This document shows, piece after piece, positions 20,701 to 30,667 of a stretch of 64,000 nucleotides of DNA. The stretch is taken from the NCBI GenBank assembly GCA_963701185.1, contig OY969569.1:181735-245734 (forward strand), in the 5' to 3' direction. Source of the stretch: Candidatus Gottesmanbacteria bacterium (GTDB lineage Bacteria > Patescibacteriota > Microgenomatia > UBA10105 > UBA927). Position 1 is the stretch's first letter; every line of letters begins with the position of its first letter. Under the pieces are notes generated by a model. It saw nothing but the letters and a program-made list of their open reading frames with translations. It was not told where the DNA came from and searched no databases. A program made the position numbers and the translations under genes.

Positions 20701-22347
20701 ATGTATTTTTCCGCCGGTGACGCGCCGTTTTATTTTCCCGAAATGATCCGGCGGCTCGGTTGGCTGCCGGTTCTCTGGCGTGCAGATGAGGGGTTCGGTG
20801 CAAACCACGGGTTCCGGCTTTGGTACGATTACACATTGCAGCTGGTTATAAAAATCCTGTCTTCCGTGGGTTTCACCTGGTGGTGGATAGACAAATTCCT
20901 GTGGGTGGGAGCGGTTGGCGTCGCTTTGTATGGGGCTTACACGTTAGGAAAACATTTTCTCAAAAAGCCGTATGCGTATCTAGTTCCGTTCGTCTATGTC
21001 GCCAATACGTATTTTCTTTTGCTGTTTTCCGGCGGTCAGCTGGGGGTTGCGTGGGGGTATGCACTGACCCCGATTGTTCTTGCAAGCTTCATGGAGCATG
21101 CAGGGATCGCGAAGCGGGGATTGCTGTTTGCCCTGCTGTGTCTGGCGGATTTGCGGTTGGCATATCTTGCGGCGGGAGCAATTATTTTTTGGTCACTATG
21201 TTTTGCGAAGAAAAAGTTTTCGTTTATCGTACCGTTTTTGATTGCCGCCGGAATCAATGCATTCTGGATTCTGCCGGCTGTATTGACCGGGGGAGCCGGC
21301 GTAGGCGGATTGGATAATGAACTGACCAATCCCGGCATGCTGCGGTTCTTGAGTTTTGCTGACTTCCCGCATGCGCTGTCATTTCTTCATCCGAATTGGC
21401 CGGAAAATCTGTTCGGCAAAATATATTTTTTGCAGCCGGAATTTCTTGTGGTGCCGGTCATCGCTTTTTCATCGCTCCTTTTTAAAGACAAAAAAATCCG
21501 TTTCTTCGCTTTCCTTGCTCTCACCGGTTCGTTTTTGGCCAAAGGCGTACAGGAACCGTTCGGCTTTATCTATCAATGGGCGTTTACCCATATCCCGGGT
21601 TTTGTCATGTTCCGGGACCCGACGAAATTTTATGTCTCTATTGCACTCGGATACTCGGTGCTTATCCCGTTTGCGCTGGAACGTATTCAGGAAATGATAA
21701 ATGATAAACGATTAAAGATTAACGATAAGACAAATGTAATCGGTTCATTTATCATTCATCATTTATCATTAATCGTTTTTGTTATGTTTTGGCTCTTCAC
21801 GATCCGTGCGGTATTTTTGGGGCAGGTGAAAGGGAATTTCCGGCCTATGCAGATTCCTTCGGAGTATGTGCAGCTGAAAAACCTGCTGACGGCAGATCCT
21901 GCCCCCTCCCGGACGTTGTGGATTCCGCAGCGGGAAAAATTTGCATATGCTTCGGATACCCACCCGTTGTTGTATGCCGACCAATTGTTTCCGGGGGCAT
22001 CGGTATCGGCTCTCATTGCGGTTACCCAAACACCCGATTTTATGCAGACTCTCACCAAGGCGGGCGCCAAATATGTCATCGTTCCGGAGGATTTGGAACA
22101 ACGGTTATTTTTGAATGATTACCGTTTCGACGGCGGACAGCGGCGTGCCCTTATTGAAGCGCTTGTGAAGACGCCGCTTGTGCAGGATTCCGCATTTGGT
22201 CCGGTTGCCGTGTTTGAAAATACGCAATTTACGTTTACATCGGACTCACCCGCTTCCGTTGCCCGCCAGCAGCAATTGACGAACATCGGGCTTGTGGTAA
22301 GCGGGATGTTTCTCGTCGCAGCCTTATGCAAAGTATGTATGTGGTAA
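20701..22347 (+). CDS. AftD/DUF3367-like polytopic membrane protein (putative GT-C)
   Basis: GD, NAFWILP, HPNWP, IPGFVMFRDPTKF, IPSEY, RTLWIP. Confidence 0.6.
   Translation: MYFSAGDAPFYFPEMIRRLGWLPVLWRADEGFGANHGFRLWYDYTLQLVIKILSSVGFTWWWIDKFLWVGAVGVALYGAYTLGKHFLKKPYAYLVPFVYVANTYFLLLFSGGQLGVAWGYALTPIVLASFMEHAGIAKRGLLFALLCLADLRLAYLAAGAIIFWSLCFAKKKFSFIVPFLIAAGINAFWILPAVLTGGAGVGGLDNELTNPGMLRFLSFADFPHALSFLHPNWPENLFGKIYFLQPEFLVVPVIAFSSLLFKDKKIRFFAFLALTGSFLAKGVQEPFGFIYQWAFTHIPGFVMFRDPTKFYVSIALGYSVLIPFALERIQEMINDKRLKINDKTNVIGSFIIHHLSLIVFVMFWLFTIRAVFLGQVKGNFRPMQIPSEYVQLKNLLTADPAPSRTLWIPQREKFAYASDTHPLLYADQLFPGASVSALIAVTQTPDFMQTLTKAGAKYVIVPEDLEQRLFLNDYRFDGGQRRALIEALVKTPLVQDSAFGPVAVFENTQFTFTSDSPASVARQQQLTNIGLVVSGMFLVAALCKVCMW
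21692..21778. repeat. Palindromic heptamer-repeat element, in frame inside a CDS
   Basis: Five WAAHGAT units (21692-21726), a 17-bp spacer, then five inverted ATCRTTN-like units (21744-21778). Confidence 0.75.
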
Positions 22348-25300
22348 TTGTAGTAATGTATCTTGTCGGCCTCTATTTTTTTGGCCGGAAGATACTGCGC
22401 CGGTGGATGCCGGGATTTCCGGCGTTATTGAATATCGTCGGAGCATTTCTGGTCGGCACCGGGATCGGCGTTCCGGTCACCTACCTATTTTCCTGTTTGT
22501 TTGCACACACCCGCGACCCGATTCTCTGGGGAACCATAACAAGTACCGTATGTATTGTACTGCTGTTGTTTTTTTTGAAAAAGAACGTTTCCGGTAAGCA
22601 GAAAGTATCTTTGAGCGAGATAGCGGTTGCCATGCTGTCACTCGCGTTCAGTTTTTGGATGATGACAAAAACGTTCCGGGGGGCGGGGGACCTCCTGTTT
22701 GTCGGCAGCAATACGATTTTTGATTCTTCCTATCTGGTCGGGCTCGTGCGGTCCATGTCCTGGGGATCAAATATCCCGTTAGCATCACCGTATTTTGCCG
22801 GTGCGCCGCTGTTTTACCATTTTTTCTTTGTGTTCTGGACGGCACTCCTTGAGCATTTCGGCATACCCATCGTGTGGGCGGTGAATATTCCGGGTATTCT
22901 TTCGTTTACCGCGCTCCTTATCGTGGTGTATTATCTGCCGCAGATAATCGGAAAACAGAAGCCGCTGGTCGGTTGGATTGCGGTGTTATTGACCGTTACC
23001 AACAGCTCGCTGGCGTTTTGGGGTGTTATGGGGCAACCGGATCTGTGGCATATCCGGACCTATCCCTTTGCAGGGCCCTTTGACGGTTCGGTTATATCCA
23101 TTTTTGTGACACTGAATAATTACGTGAACCAGCGGCATCTGGCATTTGCCGTAGCGGCAGGATTATTTCTCTTTATGGTTGCGGCGAAATTTTTTGAGAA
23201 CAACACTATGACCGCTAAAAAATCCGCCGTGCTGGGGGCAGGGGTAGGACTTTTGTTTTTATGGAACATGGCGGTATGCGTGGCTGCCGGAGTACTGATC
23301 GGACTCCTGTTTGTAGTACACCGGAAATGGAAACTACTTACGGCATTCATTATCGGGGGCGCGGCACTTTCCCTGATATCCATTGCACCCATGGTGCCGT
23401 TTTTGTACCGTGCGGCCCTGTGGATTAATTCCAGCTTTATTGCTAATCCATATGATATACGCGCTTTGCATCCCGCATGGAATCTCGGTACGTACCTGTG
23501 GCAGAATCTCGGTATCCTGCCGGTTGTTGCAGGAATGGGATATCTGGTCATCCCCAAAAAGTTCCGGGTATCGTTCATCCCGTTCATCATTTTGTTCTCC
23601 GGCTTGTGTGTATTGGCAGGGGTAGGGAAACGGGGGTTTGATCAAAAGTTGTTCTCCTTTCTTATTCCCGGCATCAACGTCCTGGCAGCCGCCGGCGTAT
23701 ATTGGGTGTGGACACGGAAACATATTGCCGCCAAGATAGCTGCGGTGCTGGTTGTCGGTGTCCTTACCGCATCGGGGTTTATTGATCTTTTGCCGATAAA
23801 GAACGAGTTTGCTTATCCGCTGATAGATAAGGAAACAGCACCCGTTATCGCATGGATCCGCGCGTCTACCCCGAAAGATGCGGTGTTTGTATCCTATGCG
23901 GACATGATAGATCCGGTCGTTCTGGCAGGGAGGACAAATTATTTCGGTTTTTACGGCAATGTGGGATGGTCTGACCGGTCGTCTGTCGTACGCCGGGTGT
24001 ACAGCGGCGATTCCGGAGCCGCGGGGGCAAACAATATTTCGTATATCCTCGTCCCGAAATGGCAAAAAAACGATTTTCCGTATGCGGTCGATACGGAATT
24101 ACTTACCAAAGAATATACCGTGGTATATGAGGACGCAAAGTTTTTAATACTTCAGACAGGTAGTCAGCGTCCCGCAATGGTTATTATTAATCCCGTCAGA
24201 GGAAACGGGCTCGGACATGAATCGGATGATCTTGTTGCCAGTCTCAAAGCGCAATGGCAGGTGACGGAGGAGGTCGGCGTTCATGCAACATGGTTATTCC
24301 AATACGGTGCACTGGAGAATGCCGGCATGACCGGATTTGCCAAAGGAGAGATGAAGGACGAGGAATTCGGATTGCTGTTTGAAATTGACAGGAATTATGC
24401 CGAAAAATCCCGCGTCCAGTTCCGCGGCCAGGGTCCATGGTATTCTTCCGACGGATTATTCCTGAGCTCCTATGACACGGGCGAACGGAAACAGCTCATA
24501 GATACGGCATTTTCAAAATTTAAGGCAGTCTTCGGGTATTACCCCAAGACAGTCGGCGCGTGGTGGATCGGCGGAGATTCTCTGACGTATATGCAGGAGA
24601 AATACGGGATTACGGCGGCCATGCGGGCGGCAGACCAGTTCAATCTGGATTTTTATTCCATTTGGGGGACGCCGTGGAATATCCCGTATCTTCCTTCAAA
24701 GAGTAATGAGGGAATGCCAGCGGCATCGTTTGATAAAAGTTCAAAAGTAGTCGTTCTGCAATGGGCAATACGGGATCCGCTGCGCGGCTACGCAGATCCT
24801 CTCTATAGCCTGCAGGATTACCCGGCCAGAGGGTATACGCCCGAATATGTTGACTATCTCGCCTCGATATATTTACAGAAACCGTTCGGTACGTTCGTTA
24901 TCGGGCTTGAAAACGGGGGAACGGTCGCGACATTTCAGCAATTCTATAAAACAATGCTCGGTAAAGCTAAAGAGATTCAGGCGTCAGGGAGGGGAGAGAT
25001 TGTCCTTGCCCGGGAGTATGCCCGGCGGTATCTATCCCAGAAAAAAGTATTTGCGGGGAGAACCGGTTTTCTTTCCACGGACTACGGATCTCGCGATCAG
25101 TCGTTCTGGTATGTGTCAGAAAACTATCGTGCAGCAATACTGAAAACGAGCGGTACAGTGTCGTTGGTTGATTTGCGAAATTATTCAGACAAAACAGAAG
25201 AGGATTTTGACGTTTTACCGAACAGTCAGAGCAACCTGCGGATAAATGAACCGGGAATTATTGATTCTATGCGGTTTCCGAACGGGAGCATGTTCATCAA

Positions 25301-26285
25301 AACAACGGAGGAGCAGCTGACGATAAAGGAAAAGGATAAGACGGTTGAACTCTATGCGGGGAACGCGAAACTTGCATCGTTTACTCCGGCAGGCCTCACG
25401 ATCGGCGAAAAAACTTTTTCTTTTATCCGGCCAAAACCGCGGATTTCCCCTTTGCTCATCATACTCGCTCTCTATATTTTGTATTTTGGAGCAGGGTTTT
25501 TTTACAAAAGAAAATTGTTGTTGCTCATTCCGCTTTTTTTTGCATTTCCTTTTTTAGTAAACAATGCAACGTTTCTTTTTGACAAAAAGGAGACGCTGGT
25601 TTTAGCCGGCATGTCCCTGTTTCAGTTTCCGGTGTTGGTGACCGTCTATGTCACGAAAATTCTTCCGTTTTTTCTCCTCATCATCCTCCCGAAGAAGCGC
25701 GTCGTCTATTGGGTCTATTATGCTATGGTCGTACTTCTCTACCTTCATGTACCGTATTTTCCGCTGGATAAAACAACGTACTTGGTTGTGGCAGCGTCAT
25801 TCGCCGGTGCTGCCGTGGTGCTGACGGTTGGGGCTGTATGTATTTTCAGAAAATATACATTCAAAAATGTTTTGCTGTTCTGCAGTATTGTGTTCGCCAT
25901 ACTGGTGGCTCTTGCGTCCGCTGTTGTTTTTTCAAGAAGCAGGTATGTCCTCACCGCGTATGAAATACAGGCACTGCAGACAATCAAAGATCAAAAAAAG
26001 AGCGTGCTGTATGTTGAAGAAATAGATTATGCAGTTCGTCCGATATATAAGGCGGTGCGGCCGCTTCTCTATGCAAATTCTCAATTGGCACACCTGTTGA
26101 CCGGTAAGAAATGGGAAACAGTCATGAGGCCGGAAAACAATGTTCTGAACGTATCAGGGTATGATGAACAACTTATCGTTGTTCCCCGGTACCTGGGATC
26201 CGACCTTTCCGAATATGAAATGGGTGCGTTACGCCTGAAAAAGATATTCGACAATGCACACATAGCAGTATTTGAAAAAATATAA
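22326..26285 (+). CDS. Large membrane fusion protein: GT-C-like region, deacetylase/GH57-like barrel, C-terminal TM region
   Basis: 1319 aa; N-terminal SPYFAG.PL.YHFFF; central HATWLFQY..FKAVFGYYPKTVGAWWI; hydrophobic C-terminus. Confidence 0.55.
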   Translation: MQSMYVVIVVMYLVGLYFFGRKILRRWMPGFPALLNIVGAFLVGTGIGVPVTYLFSCLFAHTRDPILWGTITSTVCIVLLLFFLKKNVSGKQKVSLSEIAVAMLSLAFSFWMMTKTFRGAGDLLFVGSNTIFDSSYLVGLVRSMSWGSNIPLASPYFAGAPLFYHFFFVFWTALLEHFGIPIVWAVNIPGILSFTALLIVVYYLPQIIGKQKPLVGWIAVLLTVTNSSLAFWGVMGQPDLWHIRTYPFAGPFDGSVISIFVTLNNYVNQRHLAFAVAAGLFLFMVAAKFFENNTMTAKKSAVLGAGVGLLFLWNMAVCVAAGVLIGLLFVVHRKWKLLTAFIIGGAALSLISIAPMVPFLYRAALWINSSFIANPYDIRALHPAWNLGTYLWQNLGILPVVAGMGYLVIPKKFRVSFIPFIILFSGLCVLAGVGKRGFDQKLFSFLIPGINVLAAAGVYWVWTRKHIAAKIAAVLVVGVLTASGFIDLLPIKNEFAYPLIDKETAPVIAWIRASTPKDAVFVSYADMIDPVVLAGRTNYFGFYGNVGWSDRSSVVRRVYSGDSGAAGANNISYILVPKWQKNDFPYAVDTELLTKEYTVVYEDAKFLILQTGSQRPAMVIINPVRGNGLGHESDDLVASLKAQWQVTEEVGVHATWLFQYGALENAGMTGFAKGEMKDEEFGLLFEIDRNYAEKSRVQFRGQGPWYSSDGLFLSSYDTGERKQLIDTAFSKFKAVFGYYPKTVGAWWIGGDSLTYMQEKYGITAAMRAADQFNLDFYSIWGTPWNIPYLPSKSNEGMPAASFDKSSKVVVLQWAIRDPLRGYADPLYSLQDYPARGYTPEYVDYLASIYLQKPFGTFVIGLENGGTVATFQQFYKTMLGKAKEIQASGRGEIVLAREYARRYLSQKKVFAGRTGFLSTDYGSRDQSFWYVSENYRAAILKTSGTVSLVDLRNYSDKTEEDFDVLPNSQSNLRINEPGIIDSMRFPNGSMFIKTTEEQLTIKEKDKTVELYAGNAKLASFTPAGLTIGEKTFSFIRPKPRISPLLIILALYILYFGAGFFYKRKLLLLIPLFFAFPFLVNNATFLFDKKETLVLAGMSLFQFPVLVTVYVTKILPFFLLIILPKKRVVYWVYYAMVVLLYLHVPYFPLDKTTYLVVAASFAGAAVVLTVGAVCIFRKYTFKNVLLFCSIVFAILVALASAVVFSRSRYVLTAYEIQALQTIKDQKKSVLYVEEIDYAVRPIYKAVRPLLYANSQLAHLLTGKKWETVMRPENNVLNVSGYDEQLIVVPRYLGSDLSEYEMGALRLKKIFDNAHIAVFEKI

Positions 26286-26294
26286 CGGGAGGAT

Positions 26295-26975
26295 ATGGAT
26301 AATTCTGATATCGCGGTCGTTATTCCTGCATATAACGAAGAAAAGAATTTGCGGATTTTATTAAAAGATATTTACCGGTATCTTCCGGATGCTCTTGTGG
26401 TGATCGTTGATGATTCGCCCGCAAAAATGATTCTTCCGGGCACCATTGTTATTTCCCGGGGACAGAAATTGGGCAGGGGAAGCGCGGTCATCCGGGGATT
26501 GGCGGAAGCACTCACACATAAAGAGATCCGGTATTGTTTTGAAATGGATGCGGATTTGGCCCATTCTCCGTCGGAGTTTAACCGGTTTCTGAAGGAGCGA
26601 AGTACTGCGGACCTCATTGTTGGATCGCGCTACCTGAAGCAGAGTCATATCGTACAATGGCCGAGGCACCGGCTTGTGCAGAGCAGGCTTATTAACGCCT
26701 TCTTACGCATATGGCTGGGACTGCATTTGACGGATTATACAAACGGTTTTCGTCTGTATTCACGGAAAGCCGCTGAATTTTTGTTGACCGCACCTCTTCG
26801 GGAAACCGGTTTTATCGCGCTCTCCGAAATTGCATATAAACTACAACAGAACGGTTTTCGTATCATGGAGGTCCCGATTACGTTCAGGGATCGAAAGTAC
26901 GGCTTTTCCAACGCAAACGTGCAGGAACTTTTCCGGTCGCTTGCGGGCGCCATCCGTATCCGCGTGCTACAATAG
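26295..26975 (+). CDS. Polyprenol-monophosphomannose synthase-like GT2 (DPM1-like)
   Basis: IPAYNE, VDDS, EMDADLAH.P, GSRY, DYTNGFR, EVPI.F.DR..G.S. Confidence 0.85.
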   Translation: MDNSDIAVVIPAYNEEKNLRILLKDIYRYLPDALVVIVDDSPAKMILPGTIVISRGQKLGRGSAVIRGLAEALTHKEIRYCFEMDADLAHSPSEFNRFLKERSTADLIVGSRYLKQSHIVQWPRHRLVQSRLINAFLRIWLGLHLTDYTNGFRLYSRKAAEFLLTAPLRETGFIALSEIAYKLQQNGFRIMEVPITFRDRKYGFSNANVQELFRSLAGAIRIRVLQ

Positions 26976-26979
26976 ATGT

Positions 26980-27918
26980 ATGGCAGATCAAAAAACCAGT
27001 GTGGTTGCCGGAGGGGCAGGATTTATCGGATCGCACCTGTGCGACGCATTATTAAGGCTTGGCCACAAAGTCGTTTGCGTCGACAATCTTTTAACCGGTT
27101 CGGAAGAGAATATTGAAGAAGCAAAGAAAAACCCCGATTTTTCTTTTGTACGCCAGGATATTATTGTGAATGCTCCCGATATAAAAGCGGATTATATTTT
27201 TAATTTGGCCTCTCCCGCGTCTCCGGCCGATTTTAAAAATCTGGCTGAAGAAATCGCATTGGTCAATTCATGCGGAACCGTGAATATGCTTCGGCTGGCG
27301 AAATCTCACACCGCACGGTATCTTGAGGCCTCCACGTCAGAAGTATACGGAGAACCTAAAGAACATCCGCAGAAAGAAACCTACTGGGGGAATGTGAACC
27401 CCAACGGGGTGCGGTCCTGCTACGATGAGTCAAAGCGGTTTGCGGAGGCAATGACCATGGTCTATGTAAGGAAGTACGGCCTTGATGCCCGCATTATCCG
27501 GATATTCAACACCTACGGCCCGAGAATGCGTAAGGATGACGGGCGGGTCGTATCGAATTTTATTAATCAGGCGCTTGAAGGAAAACCACTGACCATATTC
27601 GGGCAGGGCACGCAAACCCGCTCATTCTGCTATGTTTCCGACCTTGTGGCAGGGATTCTTGCCGTCATGTTTGCAGACAATCTGAAGGGTGAAGTGTTTA
27701 ACCTCGGGAATCCCGAAGAATATACGGTGAAGGATCTTGCCCAAAAAGTGAAAGCAATGACCGGATCAGCATCCCCGATAACCTTTGAGGCGCTGCCGGA
27801 GGACGACCCGACCCAGCGGAAACCCGATATTACGAAGATAAAAACCGCACTGGGGTGGGAGCCGAAAATTTCCGTTGACGAAGGACTCAAAAAAACAATC
27901 GCGTTTTATAAACAATGA
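26980..27918 (+). CDS. UDP-glucuronate decarboxylase (UDP-xylose synthase) family
   Basis: GGAGFIGSH, LASPASP, STSEVYG, YWGNVNP.G.RSCYDESKR, DGRVVSNF, DDP.QR.PDI; start at M51 of the ORF. Confidence 0.85.
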   Translation: MADQKTSVVAGGAGFIGSHLCDALLRLGHKVVCVDNLLTGSEENIEEAKKNPDFSFVRQDIIVNAPDIKADYIFNLASPASPADFKNLAEEIALVNSCGTVNMLRLAKSHTARYLEASTSEVYGEPKEHPQKETYWGNVNPNGVRSCYDESKRFAEAMTMVYVRKYGLDARIIRIFNTYGPRMRKDDGRVVSNFINQALEGKPLTIFGQGTQTRSFCYVSDLVAGILAVMFADNLKGEVFNLGNPEEYTVKDLAQKVKAMTGSASPITFEALPEDDPTQRKPDITKIKTALGWEPKISVDEGLKKTIAFYKQ

Positions 27919-28112
27919 AGCCGCAGGATGTAGGATTTCTTCTCGCGTTCATCGTTTTACTTTTTGTTAAAAAACCCCGCGTATTCCTGATTGCCGGCCT
28001 CATCAGCTGGGTTTTGGCGATTCCGCTGTTTGCCGCGTGGACGTTTTTTACGGCCGAGCGCCTGACGTGGTACGGCGCGGCATTCATCTTTGCTTCACTT
28101 CTGCTAAAATAA
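27915..28112 (+). CDS. Small membrane protein, 65 aa
   Basis: Hydrophobic ORF with ATGA overlap to the UXS gene; ends 4 nt before galE. Confidence 0.7.
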   Translation: MKPQDVGFLLAFIVLLFVKKPRVFLIAGLISWVLAIPLFAAWTFFTAERLTWYGAAFIFASLLLK

Positions 28113-28116
28113 ACTC

Positions 28117-29106
28117 ATGAAGGTACTTGTCACCGGAGGCGCGGGGTATATCGGCAGTAATATGGTGCGGCGGCTTTTATCACGCGGGCACACGCCTGTC
28201 GTCGTGGATTCCCTTGAGTACGGACACAAAGAAGCCATTCCTGCCGGCGTGCCTCTTTTTGTCGGCAATATCAAAGACAAAGAAACACTTGATCCGATTT
28301 TTTCCGAATATCACATTGAAGCCGTCCTCCATTTTGCCGGATATCTCATGGTGGAGGAATCCGTACGGGAGCCGATCAAGTACATGAAAAATAATATTAT
28401 TGCACCGATGACGCTTCTGGCCGTCATGCATGAGCACGGCGTTGATAAAATCATTTTTTCTTCCACGGCTGCCGTGTACGGAAATCCGACTCTTATCCCT
28501 ATTCCGGAGGGCCATGCCAAAAATCCCACGAGCCCCTACGGGCTTTCCAAGTGGTGTTTTGAGGAATTATTGCGGGTGACGGATTATCAGCATCATATCC
28601 GCAGCATCAGCCTGCGGTATTTTAATGCCTGCGGCGCATCATTGGCCGGATTGCACGGTGAGGCGCATAACCCGGAAACGCATATTATTCCGGTCGCGAT
28701 CGCGGCGGCCATGGGTGGCAAAAAAGAATTCTTGTTGTACGGCACCGATTATCCGACCCGTGACGGATCGTGCCTCCGGGACTATATCCACATTGAGGAT
28801 CTTGCGGAAGCCCATTTACTTGCGCTGGATGCCCTTGCGAAGGGCCATAAAACCGACGTGTATAATCTTGCAACGGGTGATGGGACGACAAATAAAGAAG
28901 TAGTTTCTGCGGTTAAAAAAATAACGGGTGCGGATTTTACCGTCCGGGAGTCGGCCCGCCGCCCCGGTGATCCGCACAGCCTGGTCGCCGATGCGACGCG
29001 GTTTAAAAAAGAATTTTCCTGGGAGCCGAAATACTCCGATATTGACACCATTGTCTCATCAGCATGGACATGGCACAAAAATCACCCCAACGGATATGGT
29101 GCGTAA
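28117..29106 (+). CDS. galE: UDP-glucose 4-epimerase
   Basis: GGAGYIGS, HFAG..V.ESV, FSSTAAVYG, PYGLSK, LRYFNA.G, RDYIH, RRPGDP. Confidence 0.88.
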   Translation: MKVLVTGGAGYIGSNMVRRLLSRGHTPVVVDSLEYGHKEAIPAGVPLFVGNIKDKETLDPIFSEYHIEAVLHFAGYLMVEESVREPIKYMKNNIIAPMTLLAVMHEHGVDKIIFSSTAAVYGNPTLIPIPEGHAKNPTSPYGLSKWCFEELLRVTDYQHHIRSISLRYFNACGASLAGLHGEAHNPETHIIPVAIAAAMGGKKEFLLYGTDYPTRDGSCLRDYIHIEDLAEAHLLALDALAKGHKTDVYNLATGDGTTNKEVVSAVKKITGADFTVRESARRPGDPHSLVADATRFKKEFSWEPKYSDIDTIVSSAWTWHKNHPNGYGA

Positions 29107-30655
29107 TATATACCGGAAATATCGAATTGTTTTTATTTTTGTTTTTTTACTCCTGACGTATTATTTCCTTTACAAAATCTATATTCCGAAAATCAATGCG
29201 TTCGGGTGTTTTGATGACTGTTTTAATTATGTGGGCGGATATTTTCTCGGCAAGGGCCGTCAGCTGTACTCACAAATTTACTTTAATCACATGCCGCTCA
29301 TGGCGTATGTGAGTTTCCTCGTTCAGCACTTCGGGAATCCGGTAAATATTTATGCCGTTGTTTTGCAGCACAGGCAGTTTTTACTGCTGTTTGGATTTAT
29401 GTTTAACGTTTTCCTGTGTTGGAGATTCGGGATAACCGGATTGGTATTTACGCTCATATACGAATTTTCAAAGTTTTACGTCTTTGGGGACAGGTTTTTG
29501 GCGGAAAGTTTTATCGTCTATCCGATGGTGTATCTTACCGGATTGGGCCTGCATACACTGGCTAAAAAGCGTATATATCATGCGGATATAATTTTGGCGG
29601 CCGTATGCCTCTGGTTTGTCGTCTTTATGCGGGAACCGTATGTTCTGGCTGCGGTATTTCTTTTTGCCGTGATCATCCGGACCGTATGGTTCAAAAAGAT
29701 CAGCTTTATCGCCATCGGCGTGTTTTTGGTCCTTACCGCGGGTTTATTCACGTTATTCCCCCTACGTGATTTTATCTACAACGTTGTTACCATTAATGCA
29801 CAAAGGGGATTGCCCGGCGAGCTCTCGGCGGGAAATTTTTTCGGAAGCGGTATTGTCAAATCATTTTTTTACCCGGCCTATCTTCTTGTCGCAGGCACAT
29901 GGAATGATTTCCGTTTCCAGCTGATATCTATAAGTATTCTATTTTTTGTATCCGCGTTCGTATGGATCAAAGCAAAGAAAAACCTGTGGGTACTAGGATT
30001 TCTTTTTATTGCCTTGGGTCTGGCTAATCTCCGGCCGACAATACCGGGTCTGCAGTATTTTGAAGCGTTTCATCAGATGAACTGGTACGGCATGTTTTTG
30101 TTTTCTTCTTTGTATCTTTTGTATGAAAGCATGCGGGAAGTACGTAAGCGATATGTTTCTTTCATCATTACGGGATTGTTGCTAGTATTCGTATTGTTTT
30201 CACCGCGGTCTTTTATCTATCAAAAAACAGATGAACACACCGAATTTATAACCAATTACGGAAAGTATTTACAGATAGGAGAAGTTATAAAAGCGATTAC
30301 TACTCCTCGACAGACGCTGTTTACGAACGGATCAGAAGAATTTCTGTATATTGCATCAGGGAGAAATTCTTTCTATCCGTTTTCGTTTTATTACCCGTCG
30401 CAATTTAAAGATAAATATTTTTACGCAGCAGAGGATATGTTTCTCCGCAATCCTCCTGATATCGTGTACGATTTTTGTTCTCCGGATGCGCCCGTCTATC
30501 CGCATCTTCCCGAACAGGTTCTGCCCATGTATGTACAGTGGTATTCAGAAGGTAAACCGACGTGCCTCTATATGAAAAAATCCTTAGTGCCGGGTTTAAC
30601 GGAGGGGCAGCGAGCCAAAGCAATGGAGTTTTTGTATTATTTGCCTGAAAAATGA
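29096..30655 (+). CDS. Polytopic membrane protein, putative GT-C
   Basis: FDDCFNY..G..LYS.I.FNH.P acidic first loop, many TM helices; start at M57 of the ORF. Confidence 0.6.
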   Translation: MVRNIYRKYRIVFIFVFLLLTYYFLYKIYIPKINAFGCFDDCFNYVGGYFLGKGRQLYSQIYFNHMPLMAYVSFLVQHFGNPVNIYAVVLQHRQFLLLFGFMFNVFLCWRFGITGLVFTLIYEFSKFYVFGDRFLAESFIVYPMVYLTGLGLHTLAKKRIYHADIILAAVCLWFVVFMREPYVLAAVFLFAVIIRTVWFKKISFIAIGVFLVLTAGLFTLFPLRDFIYNVVTINAQRGLPGELSAGNFFGSGIVKSFFYPAYLLVAGTWNDFRFQLISISILFFVSAFVWIKAKKNLWVLGFLFIALGLANLRPTIPGLQYFEAFHQMNWYGMFLFSSLYLLYESMREVRKRYVSFIITGLLLVFVLFSPRSFIYQKTDEHTEFITNYGKYLQIGEVIKAITTPRQTLFTNGSEEFLYIASGRNSFYPFSFYYPSQFKDKYFYAAEDMFLRNPPDIVYDFCSPDAPVYPHLPEQVLPMYVQWYSEGKPTCLYMKKSLVPGLTEGQRAKAMEFLYYLPEK

Positions 30656-30667
30656 GATGATATACCT

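Noticed and set aside
23334-24065. 243-aa minus-strand ORF and the many other 60-180-aa overlapping ORFs
   Set aside because: They lie within well-supported genes on another frame or strand and have implausible composition.
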